A stretch of DNA of 63,942 nucleotides, counting the filler, from Rhabdomonas costata (taxonomy: Eukaryota): assembly GCA_019059605.1 (NCBI GenBank). It is 53 parts of 53 records of this genome, joined end to end, with 100 filler letters (N's around TTAATTAATTAA, not from the genome) between each part and the next. Parts side by side here need not be neighbours in the genome. Positions count along the whole stretch, not along the records: positions 62,835 to 63,942 come from JAHMHO010028216.1; 52 more parts are not named here. One strand, given 5' to 3'. A program made the translations under genes and the position numbers. Positions within the stretch are counted from its first letter, which is position 1. The number at the start of each line of letters is the position of its first letter. Shown here one piece after another: positions 63,142 to 63,942 of the stretch. The notes beneath the pieces were generated by a model that had not been told where the DNA came from, did no database searches, and saw only the letters and a program-made list of their open reading frames with translations.

Positions 63142-63942
63142 TCGAACAAGACATTCTCGTTTGCGTCCAGGGTTCCTCCGCCAAAAACCAGGAAGGAGTT
63201 GGAGCTCAGCACCACAGCGCCGTGGCCAACTCGCGGCGAGGGCACCGTGCCCCAGCTCGGCACCTGCACCCACTCGTCCTTCTCTGCGGGTGTGACGCGG
63301 GAGGGGAGAGGGCTTCAAGAATAAAAGGAGTAGCAGAACCAGAAAGCAGCAGAAAACGACGGCAGCAGCGCCAAACACGGTGAACTTGGGCAGCGTGATG
63401 GTAGTAGGACGGGTGAGTGGCGAACCACGACAATCAAATCTTTGTAAAGGGGTGTTATTGCATCACGCGCAAAACTTAAAGCATAAGGAGTGGAGTGGGT
63501 TGTGAGTTAGGTCCAGGGTTTAGGGAAGCGGTTGTTTTGGGCGTTACGGTTGCGATGCAGCGAGTCACACAAGGGAAGGGCAGCAGAAATCAGTCATGGT
63601 ACGGAAAGAAACAGGACTTCCTGCGCAGTCTTCCGTCTTCCGCCACAAGCACCCCACACCCAAAACAGATCATCAGTCGCACGGGAAGCAGGGTGGTCCT
63701 TCAACTTCCTTCGACTTCCTTGGCGATTCTTAGCGCCTTTCCTTAGCAGTCCAACCTTTGCGTCGAGCCATCACCACCACCAACACCACCTTGCAGGGCT
63801 TTTGCCTTTCTTCCACCACCACCACGAAAACGGGCAACACCCACACACACTCACACCCACACCCACAGACCTGGGGTAAACCTCCATAGGTCGTTGTACC
63901 ACAGCCCAGGGGAGCGCTCCAGCTCGCAGTACCCCCCACCAC
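63142..63942 (-). CDS. Kelch-repeat protein fragment (3 exons including a 14-nt micro-exon)
   Basis: Exons 63942-63882, 63439-63426 and 63283-63142 give GGYCE...WYNDLWRFDCREKDEWVQVPSWGTVPSPRVGHGAVVLSSNSFLVFGGG. Confidence 0.88.

Noticed and set aside
1-63942. Stop-codon reassignment, spliced-leader RNA, tRNA or rRNA genes
   Set aside because: Recognised host exons contain no in-frame stops, and I saw no recognisable SL, tRNA or rRNA sequence by eye.

Overview
This is not one contiguous locus. It is about 53 unrelated contigs of 1108-1109 bp, joined by 100-nt spacers (N44-TTAATTAATTAA-N44), so gene neighbourhood across spacers has no meaning. Many contigs start with G/T-only bases and end with A/C-only bases, and five have terminal fold-backs. 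Both point to degenerate-primer whole-genome amplification. Most contigs come from an intron-rich eukaryote, probably a non-trypanosomatid euglenozoan, judging by an eIF4A that looks kinetoplastid-like but is split by cis-introns. Recognisable spliced fragments: a protein kinase, a histidine phosphatase/PGM, an FkbM methyltransferase, NSUN5, signal peptide peptidase, an NDP-sugar epimerase, eIF4A, four sensor histidine kinase pieces, an FAD-linked D-lactate-dehydrogenase-like oxidoreductase, an EGF-repeat protein, a degenerate class III cyclase, an SGNH hydrolase, a phosphodiesterase, SMG1 and a kelch protein. The most notable signals are: (1) an AT-rich, intron-less, triple-frameshifted His-rich collagen/BclA-like gene that looks like a decayed giant-virus insertion; (2) relaxed splice donors (GTNYGY consensus, one GC donor and one apparent GA donor); (3) an expanded histidine kinase family with paralogue-specific introns. 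All family assignments come from motif recognition by eye; no searches were run.
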